Assembly (NCBI GenBank): GCA_964370585.1
Contig: CAYJJV010000012.1
Span: forward strand, 1-58,440
DNA length: 58,440 nt
Source: an uncultured Alistipes sp.
GTDB taxonomy: Bacteria > Bacteroidota > Bacteroidia > Bacteroidales > Rikenellaceae
Direction: 5' to 3'
Shown here: one piece after another, positions 20,047 to 30,750 of the stretch
Position numbering within the stretch: position 1 is the first letter of the stretch
Layout of the letters: each line of letters begins with the position of its first letter
Made by a program: the position numbers and the translations under genes
Notes under the pieces: generated by a model
Seen by the model: the letters and a program-made list of their open reading frames with translations, nothing else
What the model was told of the DNA's origin: nothing
Database searches by the model: none

Positions 20047-20898
20047 CTATCTTTTTATGCATTTCATTAGTGACTCCCTCCAGTGCGGAATCTTAACGCC
20101 AAATGTAGTTTTAAACTTTGTCTTATCCAAAACTGAGTAGTGTGGGCGCTTCACTCGGGCGGGGTATTCGTCGGAGTGTATAGGTGTTATATTACACTCA
20201 CTGCCACTTAGTTGCGCTATCTCGATGGCGAAGTCATACCACGAACAGACACCCTCGTTTGAGTAGTGGTATATACCCTCTTTTGTTAAGTTGTCGCTTG
20301 TCAAAATCCCCACTATAGCATCTGTCAAATCGCCCGCATAGGTGGGTGTGCCAACTTGGTCAAAAATAACATTTAGAGTATCACGCTCTGATGTCAGGCG
20401 TTGCATCGTCTTGACAAAGTTATTGCCCCACGCAGAGTATAGCCACGAGGTGCGGATGATGATGTGGTTGCACCTCATATCGATAATGCTCCTCTCCCCC
20501 TGAAGCTTAGTTGTGCCATACACCCCGATGGGTGCTGTTGCGCAATTTTCGGTGTAGGGGGTGTGCGATGTGCCATCAAAAACATAGTCGGTAGAGATGT
20601 GTATTAGTGTGGCGTTATGCTCTTTGGTGACTGTCGCTAAATTTTTGACTGCCAAATTATTAATGAGGTCACATTGTTGCTTGTCATCCTCTGCACCATC
20701 CACATTGGTGTAGGCAGCACAGTTTAGGATTACATCTACCCTATTCTCTGTGACAACCCTTCGAATCGCCTCAATGTCGGTTATATCCAAGCAATCAATA
20801 TCTGTGAAGATATATTTGTCGTCACTCCCTGCTGCGGCACGCTGCAACTCACGCCCAAGTTGCCCCTCGCTGCCCGTTACCAATATTTGTCTACTCAT
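20047..20898 (-). CDS. rfbD: dTDP-4-dehydrorhamnose reductase
   Basis: Start MSRQILVTGSEGQLG; 'STDYVFDG', 'YGTTKLQGE', 'RPHYSVL'. Confidence 0.95.
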   Translation of the reverse strand: MSRQILVTGSEGQLGRELQRAAAGSDDKYIFTDIDCLDITDIEAIRRVVTENRVDVILNCAAYTNVDGAEDDKQQCDLINNLAVKNLATVTKEHNATLIHISTDYVFDGTSHTPYTENCATAPIGVYGTTKLQGERSIIDMRCNHIIIRTSWLYSAWGNNFVKTMQRLTSERDTLNVIFDQVGTPTYAGDLTDAIVGILTSDNLTKEGIYHYSNEGVCSWYDFAIEIAQLSGSECNITPIHSDEYPARVKRPHYSVLDKTKFKTTFGVKIPHWRESLMKCIKR

Positions 20899-21463
20899 AA
20901 TAGTTCGTATCGTATGAAAATGGCGAGTGGAAATCCTTGAAAAGTGGGCTCTCCAAATCTTTTGCTGAGAGCTGAATATCCCCCTTAGCAACACCCCAGT
21001 CGATACCTAAATCGGTATCGTTGAACATTATAGCCCCTTCGCTTAGCTTGTTGTAGTAGTTATCGCACTTATATTGAAAAATCGCCTCGTCGCTCAAAAC
21101 CACAAAACCGTGTGCAAAGCCACGTGGGATAAATAGTTGGAGGTGGTTTTCGTCAGACAGCTCAACAGCAATGTGCTTGCCATACGTTGGCGAGCCACAA
21201 CGAATATCAACCGCTACATCCAACACTCGACCCTTCACGACCCGCACCAATTTGCTCTGCGCATAGGGGGGAGCCTGAAAATGCAGTCCACGCAGAACAC
21301 CATAGCGTGAGTAGCTTTGATTATCCTGCACAAAGGTTGTTTTGCACACCTTCTGGTCAAACTCTTGCTGTGAGAACGACTCATAGAAGTAGCCCCTCTC
21401 ATCGCTAAAAACTCTCGGGCGGATTATAACGACACCCTCAATCGCTGTCTGTGTAACCTCCAT
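20891..21463 (-). CDS. rfbC: dTDP-4-dehydrorhamnose 3,5-epimerase
   Basis: 'DERGYFYE', 'VLRGLHFQ', 'GFAHGF'. Confidence 0.96.
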   Translation of the reverse strand: MEVTQTAIEGVVIIRPRVFSDERGYFYESFSQQEFDQKVCKTTFVQDNQSYSRYGVLRGLHFQAPPYAQSKLVRVVKGRVLDVAVDIRCGSPTYGKHIAVELSDENHLQLFIPRGFAHGFVVLSDEAIFQYKCDNYYNKLSEGAIMFNDTDLGIDWGVAKGDIQLSAKDLESPLFKDFHSPFSYDTNYYE

Positions 21464-22353
21464 TATAGTCTATCTTTGAGTTCGTCAAGCAATCGGAGCA
21501 GGTACTGCCCATATTGGTTTTTTATCATCGGCTCAGCTAAAGAGCGCATCTTATCGCCATCAATCCACCCATTGCGATAGGCGATGCCCTCCAAGCAGGC
21601 GACCTTCAACCCCTGTCGCTTCTCGATGACCTCGATAAAGGTAGATGCCTCGCTCAGGGAGTCGTGAGTGCCGGTATCCAACCACGCAAAACCACGCCCT
21701 AAGGTTTGAACCTTGAGATTGTCACTATTTAAATATGCTTGATTTACGCTGGTAATCTCCAATTCGCCACGTGCCGAAGGTTTGACGTTTTTTGCAATCT
21801 CGACAACGCTATTTGGGTAGAAGTAGAGCCCCACAACGGCATAATTCGATTTTGGGACAGCAGGCTTCTCTTCGAGCGATATGCAGTTGCCATTTTGGTC
21901 AAACTCGGCAACGCCATAGCGCTCCGGATCTGACACCCAATACCCAAAAACTGTCGCTTTATCCTCTTGCTCGGCATTTGCTACTGCCTCTGCGAGCATC
22001 TTCGTGAAGCCCGAGCCATAGAAGATGTTGTCGCCCAAGACCAGCGCCACCGAGTCGCTACCGATAAACTCCTCGCCAATCAAAAATGCCTGCGCCAAGC
22101 CATCGGGCGAGGGTTGCTCAGCATAGCTGAACTCAACGCCAAAGTCAGAACCATCGCCCAACAATCGCCTAAATGCGGGCATATCTTCGGGTGTGGAGAT
22201 AATCAAAATCTCACGAATGCCCGAGAGCATCAAGACCGAAATTGGGTAGTAGACCATCGGTTTGTCATATACGGGTAGCAGCTGCTTGCTAACCCCCTTT
22301 GTGATTGGATATAGGCGTGTGCCCGACCCTCCAGCTAAAACAATTCCTTTCAT
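21463..22353 (-). CDS. rfbA: Glucose-1-phosphate thymidylyltransferase
   Basis: '[14 protein letters not shown]', 'SARGELEIT', 'WLDTGT'. Confidence 0.97.
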   Translation of the reverse strand: MKGIVLAGGSGTRLYPITKGVSKQLLPVYDKPMVYYPISVLMLSGIREILIISTPEDMPAFRRLLGDGSDFGVEFSYAEQPSPDGLAQAFLIGEEFIGSDSVALVLGDNIFYGSGFTKMLAEAVANAEQEDKATVFGYWVSDPERYGVAEFDQNGNCISLEEKPAVPKSNYAVVGLYFYPNSVVEIAKNVKPSARGELEITSVNQAYLNSDNLKVQTLGRGFAWLDTGTHDSLSEASTFIEVIEKRQGLKVACLEGIAYRNGWIDGDKMRSLAEPMIKNQYGQYLLRLLDELKDRL

Positions 22354-22424
22354 TATCTGTGATGATATAATCAACGCAAAAATAGTAAAAAAAAATGAGT
22401 TGTGCAACAATATGCACCCCTCAT

Positions 22425-23153
22425 TTAATATTGATTTACTAACTCTTCAGCTTTTGCAGATAAATCCCTAATTTTGACTATTAATTTGCGATTAATTTTT
22501 GTGTCGAAGTGCTTTTTGTGGCTCTCTAAGTTGTGAATATCTGTGCCCACAAAGTCATACATACCCCTTTTGAGTAGCCACTCGGCACGCTCTCGCACCC
22601 GTGAGCCATACTGCCCTGCGAGCGATGTTATGTTGAGCTGAAACAGCGCACCTGCCGACTTTAATTGTGAGTAGAAGTTCGGCTCAAGATAGAGATACCT
22701 CTCAGGATGTGCCAATATTGCAAAGTAGCCACTCTGCATAACCCTCTCGATGCAATTTGTGGGGTTCATAGTTGGTTGCGCAAATGAGAACTCAACGAGT
22801 AGATGGTTCTTAAACAGTGGTAGAGTGTTGCCACTATCTATGAGCTCAAAAAAATCGCTATCTAACATATACTCTGCCCCCAAATGTAGTTCAATAGCAC
22901 CTTTATAGTCACTTTTTAAGGTGTCGAACCTTAGCTTAAGGTCGCTAATTGATTGTGGAATGTTTGCCATAATATGTGGGGTCATAGTTAGGTTTTTTAC
23001 CCCTAAACCTTCGTATAATGCAAGGATTTTAAGCGTCTCATCTGTGCTACGCACCCCATCATCCACACCGGGAAGAATGTGTGTGTGTACATCATACATC
23101 CCCTCAAGTGCCCCACTTTGGCAAATCTCTATTTTACGACTAAACAGCTGCAT
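22425..23153 (-). CDS. CpsB/CapC PHP-type tyrosine phosphatase
   Basis: '[13 protein letters not shown]', 'TPH', 'LAHPERY', 'GTDIH'. Confidence 0.9.
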   Translation of the reverse strand: MQLFSRKIEICQSGALEGMYDVHTHILPGVDDGVRSTDETLKILALYEGLGVKNLTMTPHIMANIPQSISDLKLRFDTLKSDYKGAIELHLGAEYMLDSDFFELIDSGNTLPLFKNHLLVEFSFAQPTMNPTNCIERVMQSGYFAILAHPERYLYLEPNFYSQLKSAGALFQLNITSLAGQYGSRVRERAEWLLKRGMYDFVGTDIHNLESHKKHFDTKINRKLIVKIRDLSAKAEELVNQY

Positions 23154-24269
23154 CTATATCTCGATTATCTTCAACATAGCCCGATTCACCTGCTCAACAC
23201 GATACTTCGAGTGGCAATATCGATACGATTTTTCACCCATCTTCTCAACCAAAGCTGGATTTTCGATAAACTTAACCATCGCTTGCGCTACCGCACTGGC
23301 ATCTTGTGCTGCTACTAAAAAGCCCGTCTGATTGTCAATGACCGTTTCACGACACCCCGCAACATCTGTCACTATTACCGAGCGCCCCATCGCCATAGCC
23401 TCCAATACGGTGCGTGGCGTCCCCTCACGATATGAGGGCAGAACAAATACAGAACAGGTTGAAATAGATGCTGGAATGTCTTCTGTTTCAGGTATATACT
23501 CCAATACTCCACTTTCAATATAATTAGCGCTGAACGCCTTGTAATCTACCGAATCTTGTATATTTTCAAAAGCCCCTAAGAAGATAAAACGCACGTTACA
23601 GTATCGCTCTTTGACCATTTTTGCCGCCTCAGCATACTCGATAACTCCCTTGCTATGCATCGCACGTGAAATCATCAAAAAGGTGAGTTGATGGGGATAT
23701 TTTGCCCTTCGAAAACGATTCATATCAACCCCCGAACCATTGACAATGTGACACTTTCGCTCAGCTACTAACCCCTTTGCGATAAATTCAGAGCAATCAT
23801 CTGGGTTTTGAAAAATTACTCTGTCGGCACACCTAAATCCAATACGATATAGTACTAAAGCCAATATTCTCAATGCTTTAGCCTTGCCACTCTTCGATAT
23901 AAATAGATAGCCAACCCCCGTAATCATCGAATTTATCGATTCAACGCCCGATAGTTTTGCAGCTATAGCCCCATATATAACAGGCTTTATCGTATAGCCC
24001 AAAGTTACAGATGGTCGCACTGCACGAAAAAATCTGTAGAGCGACAGCAGATATTTTAAATCTGATTGGATGCTCACTCCATTTTTATCGTTTGGAATCT
24101 CGACAAACTCAGCTCCAAGTGCCTCGATTCTATCCACATCTACCCTATTTGGGCCCGTCACATAGACCTTATAACCTGCAGCAATGATTTCACGAAGCAG
24201 CTCGCCACGAAAGTTGTAAGATGTTCGATTTTTGGGCGATATAAGAACAAATACCCTACTGTTTCCCAT
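23154..24269 (-). CDS. GT4 glycosyltransferase
   Basis: 'IKPVIYG', 'FQNPDD', 'NGSGVD', 'LPSYREGTPRTVLEAMA'. Confidence 0.9.
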   Translation of the reverse strand: MGNSRVFVLISPKNRTSYNFRGELLREIIAAGYKVYVTGPNRVDVDRIEALGAEFVEIPNDKNGVSIQSDLKYLLSLYRFFRAVRPSVTLGYTIKPVIYGAIAAKLSGVESINSMITGVGYLFISKSGKAKALRILALVLYRIGFRCADRVIFQNPDDCSEFIAKGLVAERKCHIVNGSGVDMNRFRRAKYPHQLTFLMISRAMHSKGVIEYAEAAKMVKERYCNVRFIFLGAFENIQDSVDYKAFSANYIESGVLEYIPETEDIPASISTCSVFVLPSYREGTPRTVLEAMAMGRSVIVTDVAGCRETVIDNQTGFLVAAQDASAVAQAMVKFIENPALVEKMGEKSYRYCHSKYRVEQVNRAMLKIIEI

Positions 24270-25167
24270 ACGAATTTAAGTTTTTCAGGATTAATCGCTC
24301 CAATCGCTCTTGATTGGCACTCGACACAAAAGAGTTGTGTGGTGTGATAATCACTCTGGGCACTCTCCACAGTGGCGAGTGGGCTGGCAGGGGCTCTTGT
24401 TGGAATACATCCAAAACAGCTCCACCCAATAGGCCCTCTTCCAGTGCTGCAACCATTGCGTTCTCATCCACAAGAGCCCCACGAGCGATATTTACTAAGA
24501 TTGTACCACGCCTAATTAGACCAAATATCGAGGCGTCGAAGAGGTGGTGCGTGGCGCTGGTCAGAGGTAGACAAAGCACAATTATATCTTGGTTTGAAAC
24601 GCAGTCGTTGAGCTCATCGACAAGGTAGCTATTTGTGACTAAATCATCCTCAATAGGGCGCAAGTCGAGAGCCGTAATCTCCACGCCAAAGGCTCGAAGG
24701 CGTAGTGCCACCTCACGCCCAACGCTGCCATAACCCACAATCAAAGCACGAGAGCCATAGAGCTCCCTGAGCTCTCTTCTCTTGCTCCACAGCTCTGCCT
24801 TTTGGCTATCGTAAAAACTGCGGCTCTCCTTTAGTAGCGACAATATGCCCATTACTACCCACTCAGCCATCGGTATGCTATAAACGCCACCTGCCGAGTG
24901 CAGAGCAATGCCCCGCTCGTGAATCTTGCAAATGGGCATACGATCTAAACCTGCACTTGTGGTTTGAATATATTTAAGCGATGTGAACTCATCAATATCG
25001 TTGTGTTGCAGCAGTGCATTGCATATAATGGCATCAATATCTGAGTGATTTATCGATAGTGGCTCACACTCGTTTTGCACCCACAGAATCTCAAAACCTC
25101 TCTTTTGAATCTCATCTCGCATAGTTTCGCTGAGCTTTAAAGCTCCAGTTATCAATATTTTAGCCAT
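24256..25167 (-). CDS. D-isomer-specific 2-hydroxyacid dehydrogenase
   Basis: 'GYGSVG', 'NIARG', 'LDVFQQEP', 'TPHNS'. Confidence 0.88.
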   Translation of the reverse strand: MAKILITGALKLSETMRDEIQKRGFEILWVQNECEPLSINHSDIDAIICNALLQHNDIDEFTSLKYIQTTSAGLDRMPICKIHERGIALHSAGGVYSIPMAEWVVMGILSLLKESRSFYDSQKAELWSKRRELRELYGSRALIVGYGSVGREVALRLRAFGVEITALDLRPIEDDLVTNSYLVDELNDCVSNQDIIVLCLPLTSATHHLFDASIFGLIRRGTILVNIARGALVDENAMVAALEEGLLGGAVLDVFQQEPLPAHSPLWRVPRVIITPHNSFVSSANQERLERLILKNLNSYGKQ

Positions 25168-25981
25168 TCGTTATTCTGTTTATAGCCTCAGCAACGATAA
25201 CTTTGTTGTCGGCATATAGCTGGCTCTCGGGTGGGAAATATTTTAAAATTGCCTCGATGATTCTTATATATTCAACCTCTCGACAGAATATCTGTTCCAA
25301 TTGGTCGATGCTTGTAACCTCAGTTGAGTTGCAAAAGCTTCGTGATAGAATTACAGCGCTCGACCCCAGACGATAGTGCTCTCGAATGATTGCCTCGCCA
25401 CGCAGTGCCCCCTCGCCGATACGTGCAACACCCCCAAATCCATAGGGTTTGCTCGTTGTACGTAACCTCTCGACGATGTTATCTAAGAGCCCATTAATAA
25501 GTGGCTCAAAGATAAATTTCAACCCATAATCTAAGTGAAGGTCGTTGAGCCCAACATAGTACTCATCCACCCCTTTGACCCTCAAGATTTCGTCTATGTT
25601 ATTGACCGCCTCACGACTCTCGATAAGCAGACAACACTTCGCCCTACCGCCAACCATCTCAACAAACTCCTCAGCTTGGTCTGCCCTCTGAAAATAGGGC
25701 AACATAACAATGTCAGCCCCACACTCAATAATGCTCTCAATCTCATCTTTTAGCCCATTGTGTATTGGATTTGACCGCACTAAAAGCTCTGTGTCGGGTG
25801 TCATAACACTCTTCACAGCGCATATATCATTAAAAGTGTGCATCGACTGTACGCTATCCATCCCCTCTTGTCGCTCCTGCTTGCCAAGCCGCTCTAAATC
25901 GACAAAAATTCTATCCACACCGCTTCTCAGAGCCACACGTGCTACATCCCTATGGGGGGTTATATAGATTAGTTTCAGCAT
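25160..25981 (-). CDS. HpcH/HpaI aldolase/citrate-lyase family protein
   Basis: 'IFVDLE', 'IVMLP', 'LLIES', 'VGLNDL' TIM-barrel motifs. Confidence 0.8.
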   Translation of the reverse strand: MLKLIYITPHRDVARVALRSGVDRIFVDLERLGKQERQEGMDSVQSMHTFNDICAVKSVMTPDTELLVRSNPIHNGLKDEIESIIECGADIVMLPYFQRADQAEEFVEMVGGRAKCCLLIESREAVNNIDEILRVKGVDEYYVGLNDLHLDYGLKFIFEPLINGLLDNIVERLRTTSKPYGFGGVARIGEGALRGEAIIREHYRLGSSAVILSRSFCNSTEVTSIDQLEQIFCREVEYIRIIEAILKYFPPESQLYADNKVIVAEAINRITNG

Positions 25982-25983
25982 AA

Positions 25984-26583
25984 CTAATTGTCGTTACTTA
26001 GATTCTCATTATCCCTATTGGAGGTGACTCTGAGCAGGGTTAAAAGCATAATTTTAAGGTCAAATCCAAATGACATCTTATCCACATACTCCGCATCGTA
26101 CTCAAATCGCTTATCCCACTCGATACCCTTGCGGCCATTAATTTGCGCCCACCCCGTAACTCCCGGTCGAACCTCAAAGCGCTTTAACCCCTTTTTCGGA
26201 TACTCGCCCCATCTGTATGGGTGGTAAGTTAGCACTGGTCGAGGCCCAACTAAGGAGATATCCCCCTTGATTATGTTGATGAATTGCGGAAGTTCATCTA
26301 TGCTCGTAGCACGAATTATGCGCCCGATGCGAGTCACTCGTACATCCCCCTTGTAGGTGTAGACCCCACTGCCTTGGCTCTCGGCACCAACGACCATTGA
26401 ACGAAACTTATACATTTTAAATGGCTTGCCCGCCCGCCCTAAACGCTCCTGAACGAATATCGCTCCACCTCGACTCTCGAAGCGAATGGCCAACCACGTC
26501 ACAGCCAGCAGTGGCGATAAAACAACCAAGCCAACAACTGATGCTACAGTGTCGAATGTGCGTTTTGCATATCTATACAGCAT
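25984..26583 (-). CDS. Initiating sugar-phosphate transferase (Bac_transf)
   Basis: 'KRTFD', 'YKFRSM', 'SIDELPQ', 'LVGPRP', 'PGVTGWAQING'. Confidence 0.93.
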   Translation of the reverse strand: MLYRYAKRTFDTVASVVGLVVLSPLLAVTWLAIRFESRGGAIFVQERLGRAGKPFKMYKFRSMVVGAESQGSGVYTYKGDVRVTRIGRIIRATSIDELPQFINIIKGDISLVGPRPVLTYHPYRWGEYPKKGLKRFEVRPGVTGWAQINGRKGIEWDKRFEYDAEYVDKMSFGFDLKIMLLTLLRVTSNRDNENLSNDN

Positions 26584-26586
26584 AAT

Positions 26587-28161
26587 TTAGAGTGGTAAAA
26601 TCATATTTAAAGTGAAGATAACATTCAACATTCGTGCTCGACTATTTGTCTCCATCATATTGACAACACGAATATTCATATCGTAGAGCTCCTCGTTGAG
26701 ATACCTCTTCATATCTAAATGGTGCTCATCGGCAATGCGCTTTGCGAGTGGAACTCTGAAGAGTGTATCCAAAAATTGGCGATTGTTGTAGAGTATTGTT
26801 ATATCGTAGCAGTACCGCATCTCGGTGATGTTAGTGCCACCCCAACTGCCCCACGTTATCTCGTTGTAGTGCATATCGGCAGGTGGATATTGTGATGGGA
26901 TGCTCCTATACTCAAACTTATCGATTGTCTCAGCAAAAAGCCTATCTACTTTGGCGGCTAAAGAGCGATTTGTTATAAATATTTTATATAGATTTCTATA
27001 CAATTTAGGCGATAATTTAGGCATCGACTTGCGGCAATAGTGTTTGTACCAATACCCACGAATAGTCTCCGAGACCCACGATTTGACCTCCACATCGTTC
27101 GGGCACCTCTGCTCAAGGTATATTCGCTTGCGAAGCTCGTTCTCTTTGCGAGGTGCTATATAGCCGCTATTGTGGTTTAGAATTGCCACTTTTATATCGA
27201 AATCTCGGAGCTCTGAGCTCTGAGCCGGGATGTTGTAGATGGTGTGTTTTGTGCGAAAACGTTTGGCAATTCTCTGCGCCGCCTCAACATCGATACTCTC
27301 TTTGTGTGCCGAGAGGTAGCTAAACGATTGATAGCTGTTGTATAGGTGGTTGCACGCCGCATAGGTCGTATTGCTATCTATGCCACCGGTTAGCGATATG
27401 GCTGGCGATTGCCACTTCTTCAATACCAAGTGGGCTCCATTCTTCAGAATATCTGCCGCCTTGACGATGACATCGTTGTACTCCTGCTCGCTTTTGCACT
27501 CCTCAATATCCACTAACGGATAGAAGCGTTTGTGGCTAATTTTGTCACCATCGTACCTAAAGGCAATATTTGGAATAATGCGCTTTAGCTCCTTGAATGG
27601 CGATAGATCGGCTGGTAGATATGCCCCCATCACACGCCTATACCACTTATAGTCGATCAACTCCTTGACAAAGCTATCCATCTGTAAACCATACAAATCG
27701 CCAATTAGCTGTGGGTGTGATGTCACCATAAAATTGCCATTCACAACACCATAGTAGGCAGAGTGCATCCCCGATGGGTCGGTGAGAAGCGTTATACCCT
27801 CATCGTCAAAATAGCCCATAACAAATATACCCGTAAGTTGGCTCACTGCCTCCCAATACGCCTCCTCTCCGCTCTCCAACTCTTCGGCAATCTTTTTGAG
27901 TTGTGCCACCTCTTCGTGCTCCATCGTAAATGGGTTGTAGGAGTGCCCCAACAAGAAGTGCGTCACGCCATTGTGCTCCATATAGTGCAGGTGCGCAAGT
28001 CGGTGTGTCAAGAAGTTATATCTACCCAGTTTTATGCTACTCCAATTTGCGTAGAAGGGGTACAGAGCCATATTCATACTCCTCTCACTCACAAGAAATC
28101 CCCTTCGAAAGAGGTAATCCTGCAGATCTGGTCGTGCGTCGAGTTGTTGTTTTAGATTCAT
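26587..28161 (-). CDS. Asparagine-synthetase-like ATP-dependent amide ligase
   Basis: PP-loop 'SLTGGIDS'; 'DPSGMHSAYY' resembles AsnB 'DxxGxxPLYY'; no N-terminal Cys. Confidence 0.6.
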   Translation of the reverse strand: MNLKQQLDARPDLQDYLFRRGFLVSERSMNMALYPFYANWSSIKLGRYNFLTHRLAHLHYMEHNGVTHFLLGHSYNPFTMEHEEVAQLKKIAEELESGEEAYWEAVSQLTGIFVMGYFDDEGITLLTDPSGMHSAYYGVVNGNFMVTSHPQLIGDLYGLQMDSFVKELIDYKWYRRVMGAYLPADLSPFKELKRIIPNIAFRYDGDKISHKRFYPLVDIEECKSEQEYNDVIVKAADILKNGAHLVLKKWQSPAISLTGGIDSNTTYAACNHLYNSYQSFSYLSAHKESIDVEAAQRIAKRFRTKHTIYNIPAQSSELRDFDIKVAILNHNSGYIAPRKENELRKRIYLEQRCPNDVEVKSWVSETIRGYWYKHYCRKSMPKLSPKLYRNLYKIFITNRSLAAKVDRLFAETIDKFEYRSIPSQYPPADMHYNEITWGSWGGTNITEMRYCYDITILYNNRQFLDTLFRVPLAKRIADEHHLDMKRYLNEELYDMNIRVVNMMETNSRARMLNVIFTLNMILPL

Positions 28162-28169
28162 AGTTATCT

Positions 28170-29711
28170 CTATAGTTTTGATTTGACGATGTTCGCAATT
28201 CGAGTTGTGAAGAGTCTGAAGTCGCTACTGAATATCTGAAAAACAGATATAGTCACCACCGAACATACACAAAAGAGTTTAGATGCCTGCATTAGCCAAC
28301 CATAAATATAGCTCTGATAGCTAAATATATATGGAAAAAGCAGAAGACAAATTGTGACCGATGCAGCTACCAAACTCAGATTCTTCGATATTAGCTTAAT
28401 GTACACTCTAAATGGCTCTTTGAATCCTCTTGTGAATAGATAGTATGGTTTCCAACAAAAGATAACCACAATCAAACTAATCAACACACCCGATATAATG
28501 CCGGGCAGACCGAAGTAGTAACCCAGCACAATGGATAACCCCAAATTCAGTGCCGCCTCAATCAATGGGGCGTAAATATCCCCAAAAAGAGCATAAGCTG
28601 AGATAAATGAGTCGTTTGTGCGTACCAATAAAACAAAAGCATACCCAACCAAAAGATAGGTAGATAGATTGTCGAGTAGGTACTCTTCGCCAAACCAAAT
28701 CCTCATAAATGAGTTGGATAACAACATAAACGATAGAGATAATATGGTGGCTAAGCAGTATCTAAAGGAGGTATACTCTCGAAAAAATAGCAGTACCCTA
28801 TCTCTACTGCTTTGGGCTACTAAGTTGCCAACTCCAGCGCTTATACCACTATTTAATGCAGTGCTGAGCATAAGTACTCCGCTAATTAGAAGCATATAGT
28901 TGCCATATATTGCAACCACAGCCAGCGATATGAGTGCATATATAATCAAGGGGCTTGTTTGGGTTAGGACGAAACCTCCAATTTTATGGAATAGCAGCTG
29001 TTTTATCCTCTTCAGAATTGGTTTGTGCTTGGTAATGAGCTCCCTGCCCTGCACCTCGCTCCTCTTTACGAGGGGAAACTCCCTTCGTATTGAACGATTC
29101 AGCAATATAGATGTGAGGATGGTTGCCATAACCTCGACAATTAACCAAAATTGATAGTTTAGCGATAACAACGATAGACCAATAATCTGAACTGTTAGCT
29201 TTATAGCTCTGATGCCTTGATAGTTGTGGTCGATTTTATACTGCTGCTGGCTGGCAGAGAGCAGAATCTGACGATAGTTGGCGAAGTACCCTAAAATTGC
29301 ATTAAATAGCACCACCGCAAATGATGCGTATGCATACCATAAGGGTAGCTCCATCTTTTTGAATATCAACGGGAAAAAACAGCACAGAATAGTACTTGCC
29401 CCAATTATAAAGTAGGCAATTCGTCTATATAGCCACCCCTGCACAGTGACAATCTCGTTGATTGTCGCTTTGTCGCCCCGAGCTAATGGAGCATAGAGCG
29501 AGAAGGCGACAGCGCTACCCACTCCGAGTTCGGCTAAATTCAGAAACTGCAGTAGATTTATAACCGTACTATTTAACCCCACAATCTCGACCCCCAAGCT
29601 ATCGATAAAGACCCTTCGAGATAGTAGCCCCAATAGAATAGTTACCACACCATAAAACAGTGCGGTATATGAGTTTTTTATACCCTTGCTTGTACGTGAT
29701 ACGCCACTCAT
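28170..29711 (-). CDS. wzx: Wzx flippase
   Basis: Many TM helices; 'LNLAELGVGSAV.FSLY.PLA' MOP-exporter motif. Confidence 0.88.
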   Translation of the reverse strand: MSGVSRTSKGIKNSYTALFYGVVTILLGLLSRRVFIDSLGVEIVGLNSTVINLLQFLNLAELGVGSAVAFSLYAPLARGDKATINEIVTVQGWLYRRIAYFIIGASTILCCFFPLIFKKMELPLWYAYASFAVVLFNAILGYFANYRQILLSASQQQYKIDHNYQGIRAIKLTVQIIGLSLLSLNYQFWLIVEVMATILTSILLNRSIRREFPLVKRSEVQGRELITKHKPILKRIKQLLFHKIGGFVLTQTSPLIIYALISLAVVAIYGNYMLLISGVLMLSTALNSGISAGVGNLVAQSSRDRVLLFFREYTSFRYCLATILSLSFMLLSNSFMRIWFGEEYLLDNLSTYLLVGYAFVLLVRTNDSFISAYALFGDIYAPLIEAALNLGLSIVLGYYFGLPGIISGVLISLIVVIFCWKPYYLFTRGFKEPFRVYIKLISKNLSLVAASVTICLLLFPYIFSYQSYIYGWLMQASKLFCVCSVVTISVFQIFSSDFRLFTTRIANIVKSKL

Positions 29712-30736
29712 AACTTGATTATTGCTCTGTATATTAGGTATGTAACTCTATTATGGGCAATTAGTTTTACCACAGCAATTCGTATTTTTTGCCTCCAAGT
29801 CAAATTCTCTGAATATGGTTTTAGCTCATCGACACACTCCGTAATCTGTCTTTTGAAGCTCTGAAATGGCACTTCGCCTCGCTTTATTGAGGGGTTTTTT
29901 GTGACCATAACACCTGCTCGGTATAGCTTATTTGTTATTTGGTGGCATAGACGCTGGGAGAATATTGGAGAGCTATCCAAGTCATATTTTTTAAATAGAG
30001 CTCTCAGAGCTGCAGTCGTAGCGTGGGCATCGCTCAGGTAATCCTTGACAAAACTATTTGTTGCCGAGTTGGGATTTGTTCGATACCCATAGATGTTGCG
30101 ACTCAATAGATACGCCCTATCGCAATTTAGCATATATTCGATTAAAAAGATAGCATCCTCGCCAATTCGACACTTTGGGAATCGAATGTTCGAGCGATGG
30201 ATTATCTCTGGTCTGTATATGCAGCTATAGAATCCAAACCAATATACATCATCTTTTGTCAGTTGTGGGTCGATGATGGCTAATCTGTTAAGTATCAACT
30301 CTTCATACTCTTTGCCGTAGACCTCTCTGCTTTGAAACGAGGCGAAGCGCTTGGTGCCCTTATCGCTAAAGCGATATAACTTTGCGATTACCAAATCGAC
30401 ACCCTTGTCGATAGCGTTTGTATAGAGTAGCTCCAAGAAGTCAGTGGCAACAATATCATCAGAATCAATAAATACAACCCACTCACCTTCAGATGCATCA
30501 ATGCCTATGTTGCGGCTATCTGCCACCCCGCTATTTGGTTTGTGAATAACCCTTATGCGTGGGTCTAACTGGGCATACTCATCGCAAATAAAGCCAGAGC
30601 TATCTATCGCCCCATCGTCGATTAATATTAGCTCAAAGTGGACAAATGTTTGCGCTAAGATAGCATCAATACAGGGGCGAATATAGAGCTCCACGTTGTA
30701 TACTGGGACAACTATCGATATGATAACCTTTGACAT
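29708..30736 (-). CDS. GT2 glycosyltransferase
   Basis: 'ISIVVPVYN', 'IDDG', 'FIDSDD', 'GED'. Confidence 0.92.
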   Translation of the reverse strand: MSKVIISIVVPVYNVELYIRPCIDAILAQTFVHFELILIDDGAIDSSGFICDEYAQLDPRIRVIHKPNSGVADSRNIGIDASEGEWVVFIDSDDIVATDFLELLYTNAIDKGVDLVIAKLYRFSDKGTKRFASFQSREVYGKEYEELILNRLAIIDPQLTKDDVYWFGFYSCIYRPEIIHRSNIRFPKCRIGEDAIFLIEYMLNCDRAYLLSRNIYGYRTNPNSATNSFVKDYLSDAHATTAALRALFKKYDLDSSPIFSQRLCHQITNKLYRAGVMVTKNPSIKRGEVPFQSFKRQITECVDELKPYSENLTWRQKIRIAVVKLIAHNRVTYLIYRAIIKL

Positions 30737-30750
30737 AGCAATTCTGTAAA

